DNA of 64,000 nucleotides, taken from the human T2T-CHM13v2.0 reference genome, Homo sapiens. The notes beneath the pieces are model-generated. The model saw only the letters and a program-made list of their open reading frames with translations. It was not told the DNA's origin and searched no databases. Numbering within the stretch: position 1 is the first letter of the stretch; every line of letters begins with the position of its first letter. The translations under genes and the position numbers were made by a program. The stretch lies in the NCBI RefSeq assembly GCF_009914755.1, contig NC_060947.1; one strand, given 5' to 3'. Below, in pieces: positions 57,330-64,000 of this stretch.

Positions 57330-58900
57330 GAGAGTACCGACCTTAGCGCCAAAATTCGGTCCTCTCTGAGGCAGATCAGGAGCCACCACGCCCCCAGTGA
57401 AATGGAGGCGGCAGGAATCCCACCCCCAACCCCTCTTCCTCTCCCCACGACTATCCTCCCGGGGGCGAGAGTCGCCCGGAAGAACTACCCGCGCCTCGGC
57501 ATTGGTTTCCTGCTGAGCCCCAGCCGGATAAAATTAGTCGATTGCTCACACTAACAAGTGTCAGAGTCCGCGTCCAGCTGAGTGGGTGGGGAGAGCAGTA
57601 CTGGGCCGGGCCGCATTCCCGCCCGGGCCTGTCAGAGCAGCGGACAGACAGCACCTGTCGTGGGCCTCCTCGTTCCCTCACTCCTGCCAGAGCCTGTGGC
57701 CCCCCCGCGGAGACCGGGGACTACACTTGGGAGCATCTTTCCCCAACTCTCGTCACCGCAGAGACCGCGCCGAGCCCACCTGCCAAATGTTAATACACTG
57801 GAATGCCAGGGGAGGGGAAAAGAAGGTTGCACTTCTACTCTCCTTTCCCACCACACACCCACCCTTCACTGACCTCGCCACGACTGGGCCCTGGCATCCG
57901 GGCCTGGGGGTGCTAATCGACACTATTTCCCGCCAGGTCCCCATGCCCACTCCACACTCTGGGACTGCCTGGGGGTGGATTTGGCCCTGGCGGTCGCTCC
58001 TGGTCCTGCCGCTGGCCTCCGGCCACCTTGGGCGGGGACGCGGAGAGTGGGGTTGGCTCCTCCCCCGCCGCGGGTCTCCATCCATTTCCCCATTTGGGAG
58101 GGGTAATAACCCGGGAGCCGCGCCACGGAAATGCATCTTCCCCTGCTATTCAGACGGGAATCCGCCCACCCATGACAACCGCCCTTCCCGCCTAGGGAAA
58201 GGGGGCGGGAAGACCTAGCCTCGGGCCCTGCCAACTGCCAGCAAGCCAGACGGATAGACAGCAGCTGCTGCGTGTCCGAGCTCAGCTCCTCCTCGATCCC
58301 CCGCCCTCTACCTCCCTGCTCGCTCCACCGACACCAGGGGCCGTAGCGGCGACGGCGCCCCACCCCCAGCGCTCGGTCCGGAGCCCTCGAGGTGATCCGG
58401 GCTGGGCCTGTCGAGGATCTTTTACAATCGGCGGCCCCCTATTCTCTCCCGACCGGCCTCGTCCCTAGCGTCCCAAGAGCGGGATCAGGCGGCTGCTAGC
58501 GAAAGACCTACAGGAGCCCAGACTCGAGGCCCGCCAGGATGCGGAGACTGAGGGCGGGTTCGGCCGCCAGGAAGCGCTCCCGCCCGGGGCAGCAATCCTC
58601 CTCCGCCCTCCTCTGCAACCTCCAACCCGGGAGGGCCCTACGGGGCCTCCTCCTCCACACAGTGGGTCAGCCCAGTGGGGCTGCTTTCTGCCAAAGACTT
58701 GGCCCACCCTTCAAGCGCCCCTTCCCCCAGTCTCCATAAAAACTCTTTCAGAACTCCGGGGAATCAACCATGCTGGTGGGAGCTCCCAGCTCAGGCCTAC
58801 TCCCCCATCTCACAGTTCCCGATCACACAGGGGAGCACGCGGGATTTCCTAGGCTTGAGAACCCTCCTCCAAGCCTGGACGGAGCCTCAAGAGTGGTGAG
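57330..58900. promoter_or_regulatory. CpG island about 1.8 kb downstream of the SLC16A2 poly-A site
   Basis: Abrupt rise in GC and CpG density in non-repeat sequence; GC boxes (58030, 58201), ETS-like CCGGAAG (57476), E2F-like TTTCCCGCC (57926). Confidence 0.85.
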
Positions 58901-60178
58901 AAGGACCAGATTGACTCGAAGAGCCGCCCTCCTCAGTTTGCTCCTCTCCTACACTCCTCTACCCTAGTCTCCACCGACCTGCTTCCTTCTGCGCTTGCCT
59001 AGTGGGGGGTGAAGGAGAGGACAACTACCTTCACTTCTCCCCCCAACTTTCACATACACCCTCCGTCCCTTAAGGTGGAGTCTCCTGGGAGGCGGGCAGC
59101 CTCGCAGATCCTTCTGCCTTAAGGCCTTGCAAAGGCAGAGTTTCCTCCTGTCAGTCTGGGGTCTTCCAGCTCCCTGCCGCATTTGCCACCTCCTCCCACA
59201 CTCCTTTCATCCTTCCCCGCAGCATATCTGGACATAGACCACCCCTCGACCCCGCAAAAAACAAAACAAAACAAAACAAAACAAAGCCTTGAGAAATCTC
59301 CAAACACCTGTGCGTGGACGAATTACAGTTCACAGTTGCTCCTATATCCCTCATCACAATTGGCCCTCCCCCCAACCGTGGGAGGCAACTGCTCTTAAGC
59401 CGGGTTATAGTTGGGGGAATTGAGGACCGGGGGGAACTGAATGTGGGTTTTGAACGCTTCTGCAAGGCCCTTTCCACCCCACTTCACAGAAAGTAGGGAA
59501 GTGAGCAAATCTCTCATTTTCCCTGACTTCAGAAAGCCTGCTTGCTGCTCCTGGAGTCAGCACCTGCTCCTCCCTTGTCCACTCTATCCCCCAATGAAGG
59601 CACTATTTGGGAGTGGCACTACAGCCCCAAGATGGAGGCATGGAGGGCAGCAGAAGCCGAGCCACAGTCCTTGTGCACCCCCTGGACTTCCCCAAGGAGG
59701 GCATGTGGAAGAGAAAGTCTGCCTTTCTCTGGGAGTATGGGTCATTGTCTTCTAGGTTCCTCTCCCCCTTAACATGGAGGAAAAACTCCAAAATAAGCTT
59801 GCGTGTGCTCCACTCCCTCAGTCCTTCTCTCATGATTCAATAAAATTATCATCACTGAGGGCTAATTTCCAGGGCTTTGCTTGATGCCCACAGGCCACAA
59901 AAGGAAGAATTCTTTGGGCTGGTTATTTGGGGACGGGAGGGTGAGGAGCAGCTCATGGGAGGCTCTGCTTTCGTGAGAAAGGATTTGCATGTCTAAGAGG
60001 TCAACACAGCTAGTCCAGGGCTTCCTCTCTTCCAGACTTCCAGCCCTGCATCAGGCTACAGAGAGGAAATGGCAAAGAGCAGCAAATATTATGCAAAAGG
60101 GTAAAGGAGCTCCCAAGCTAGGAGCTGGGAGCTCCTGGGAAAAGAAAAGGGAAGAACATGTCTAAACCCCTGCCCACA

Positions 60179-60483
<305 letters not shown>

Positions 60484-61345
60484 TAAACCCCTGCCCACAC
60501 ACCTCAGTGAGGTGGACTTGTTCTGTATGTGCCTCCCAACTGTGGCCTTTACCCTCCACCTCAACTTGCCTGATCCCAGTTGAGAGACTCCTCATATCCA
60601 CAGGGGAGTTTGGTGTTTTCTAGCAGCCCCTACCCCTCAGTACCACATTTTTGGTAGTCTCTAACTCTCCAGATCCCAATAAGTTCTAGCCTAAGCCTTT
60701 CCTTCAGGCTGAATAGCTTCAAGCATCCAAGCCTGGTCCCTCCAAGATGAAGACTCACCTGTCATCCACAAATGGCTGGGCCTAGAAAACAGGAGGAGCT
60801 GTTTCAGGGAAAGTCAAGTTCCATGCAAAGCTAGTTCCTTTCGGTAGTTCAGTAAATAGTTGTAACCGATGAAATCCAGAAACACTTTTAATATGTTGAC
60901 AAAGCACAGGAGCTTCAAACCAACATACCTTATTTACCTTTTTCTATCCAACTGATTTCTTCACAGTTTTTGGTTAATATCCTTATAATATGTTTGTTTC
61001 TTATATATTTTCTTCTACAAACCATCAGAGGCTGCTAAATGTTTGAAAAACAATATAGGCTTTACACCGATACAATGAATTGGAAGAATTCCCAATATCA
61101 TTGCTTTACTTTGGGGTTTTGTTGTTGTTCCTATTCTGTTCAGCAAATGGAAACATGATGTTGAGTCTGAAACTTCCAGACAAAGCTGGGAGGCCCAGCA
61201 AAAAGAAAAGCCAGAGAAAGAAAGATGGAGATGAGGTCAGAGAAACAGGAACACAGGCATGACCACAAACCAGCAATGCATCAACTTTTGATCAAGGTCC
61301 TTTATGCAGTCTAAGGGTGGCAAAGGCACATTATAGAAAAGCCTT

Positions 61346-61681
<336 letters not shown>

Positions 61682-64000
61682 TCAACTGGTGGTTGCCAGG
61701 GATTCCTTTCTGGAACTACCTTCTCTTTACATTTTCCTGGAAACATGACCTACATGACCTTGGTGATATCATTGCTGCTTCCCATGTAGTAAGTCTAATT
61801 TCCTAGACACTCCCAATGAAGGATCAATAGAAGGAGTTTATGTTCTGTTGTTTGTGGGATGAAGCAATCTCACCTAATCACCCTAAGCTCTTGGTTGGTG
61901 TAGCGAGCTCCATGGAGAATTTACCATTTCAGGGAGTTCTGTTAGGTGAGCCTTTACCCATGTTTCATCCTTGTGTGTCTTGAGTGACCACTGTTCCAGA
62001 GCTTACTGACATTTCACCATGCACTTGAGGTGAGAGCATTATCCTCAGCCTCACTGTCAACCTACCTCTCCTTCTTGCTAAAGCTGGGAGCACACCCAAG
62101 ACTCCCTAGGGCCCAGCTCACCCTTTTCTTTGGGATATAGCCCTCTCGAAAACTTCAAATTTTGAGACAGGGGCAGTGGTAAAACAGAGAAACTTTAAGG
62201 GGAATAAAGCCATCTGTGCCTAGCTGATCAACAGCTCTGCAGTTTCCTTTTTTATATATTGGAAGTAAATGCTTAAATAATTGGTTATTTTGGCTCGACA
62301 TATTTTATTGCACCTTTAAAGAAGGATGTGTGCTTGAGACTGGGTGGGTGTGGCCTGGCTGATCTGGCAGTATACAGGTTGTGGGTGGAAGAGCTTAAGA
62401 ACATACTTGTTTCTCTTATTCTGTGATCCTATGCCCTAGGGCTGTACTTTTTCCTTCTGATTAGCTTTCTGGGCGGTGCTGAGTTGAATGCAAAATGAAT
62501 TTACATAGTGGGTTGCTCTGACTAGAGTGGTTTAATACAGAAATGAGCAGGGACTATGGATGTGGGGGTGGAAGGAGATGTGAATCTAATTTTCCATATG
62601 AATCTGCATCATTTGTGCAATAGAACTGTACTTATGTCTGGATCATTGTCTTGACAAGGCTGGAATGAATGTAAAATGATCTAAGAAAGAGACTACTATA
62701 ACCATGGGGTTAATTTAAGAACAGAGAAGGAATATACTCAGTGTTTTAGCAGCTGGAAAGTGTGGAGAGGGAGGGACTGAGGTTCTAGGAAACATACACT
62801 CAATTGCAACCTCCTCATTTCCACCAAGAGCCTCAATTTCATATGCTCTGTTCTACTGACATTCCCATTCACCTCAGGTCTCATATTTCACAATCACGGT
62901 ATTAAATACTTTTTCCCTTCTTGGCTGTATCACACTCATTTCTCATAATTCCCAGATTATATGAGGAAAAAAAGCCAGGGATTTTGGAGAAGACTGCTAG
63001 GTAAACTCAAATGCCCAGTGGCCCTAAACACCTGTGGAATCCAGCTAAGGCTCAATGTCAGGTGGAAAAGAGCCTCATGACCCCCTCAGGCCCTTTTCTG
63101 TTTCCCATAGGATGGAGCAAACTGTATGTTTAGAACAACGGAAGCTGCTGAGCCTAGGACTGAGAGGACTGCCACAGACTGGGAGACTGCTAAGCCTTTG
63201 GTCATGGCCACAGACCAGGGAAGAGACAAAACTGAGGGACAGGCTGCTAGGCCTTGATATTAATGTCATGGTCACTCTCTCCCATAATACAAGCGCTTGT
63301 TAAAAATTTCAGATGGTAAAAATCAGGAGTATTTCCCTCATACTCTCCTGACCATTCATACCCCTGCAAGAGGTGACTGCCATGAACACTCCAGCCCATG
63401 CTCCCTTCAGAGATAGATATTTAGATGTGTAAGTATAGACACATAGAAACATATTTTTTTTTCATCTTCCTTATATGAAGTTATATTCTACCCTGCACCT
63501 AAGAAAACACCCATAGTAGGTTGCTCCCATATTAGGAACATTCATAGTATCTCTGCTAAGTCTGCCCCAAACAGACCCTTCCTGCCCCCAAACAGAGGCC
63601 TCTGCTCTGTGGGACCTCTGCTCAGCTTTGGCCAGGCATAGCCCAGGCTGCTCTGCTCATCCATGCACATTCTGAACTTGAAGGGACCATCTACTCTATC
63701 AACCCTAGGAAGCTCCTGATAGCACACAGACTCACCACTTCCTTCACAGAGAATATTCAAGTCAGTCACCTTACCAGTCATTGAAAAGGACATAAAGGAC
63801 TCATTTCATCCCTCACAAACCTGATTTGTGCTGATCTCTTATAAGGAAAGCAGGAATCATTTTGACCTAGAAGACTGGATTCCCAGAAACAGTAACCCTT
63901 AGCCCAGAAAAGGCCAGCAGACTGGTGGGTTTGCTCTTCTCTTCCTCTAGTTGGGTCTGAGAGTGGCCAAGAGATGAAGTTTACTAGCCTGTTAACCTGG

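Noticed and set aside
58329-58346. CTCF-like cACCAGGGGcCG in the CpG island
   Set aside because: Mismatches at core positions; such matches are common in GC-rich DNA
57096-58363. Long overlapping ORFs (127-210 aa) in the CpG island
   Set aside because: Open on several frames and both strands, Pro/Arg/Gly-rich, no recognisable domain; expected from stop-codon scarcity in GC-rich DNA

Overview
Primate (most likely human) genomic DNA, repeat-rich, recognisable as the 3' part of the X-linked thyroid-hormone transporter gene SLC16A2 (MCT8/XPCT) on the + strand. The window holds about 42.6 kb of intron 1, coding exons 2-6 (145+451+144+229+221 nt, all GT-AG, continuous frame), a 3' UTR of about 2.35 kb with AATAAA, and a downstream CpG island. 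Exon 1 lies outside the window. Intron 1 contains the 5' end of an antisense L1PA, a complete MER4-type provirus with nested LTR17, Alu and L1 insertions, several solo LTRs, MADE1, old L1M pieces and many Alus. Nearly all other listed ORFs are repeat-derived or spurious. I cannot demonstrate a novel system from sequence alone. The best leads are: (1) a candidate RFX-associated alternative first exon in intron 1 whose ATG splices in frame to exon 2; (2) two separate triple-half-site DR5 retinoic-acid-response-like arrays in introns 1 and 4; (3) an Alu-bracketed exon 2-5 block whose back-splice would give a stop-free 969-nt circle; (4) an ERV-L/Fv1-like gag remnant inside the MER4 element; and (5) several templated-insertion scars. 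Repeat subfamily names come from recognition by eye and need RepeatMasker/Dfam confirmation.
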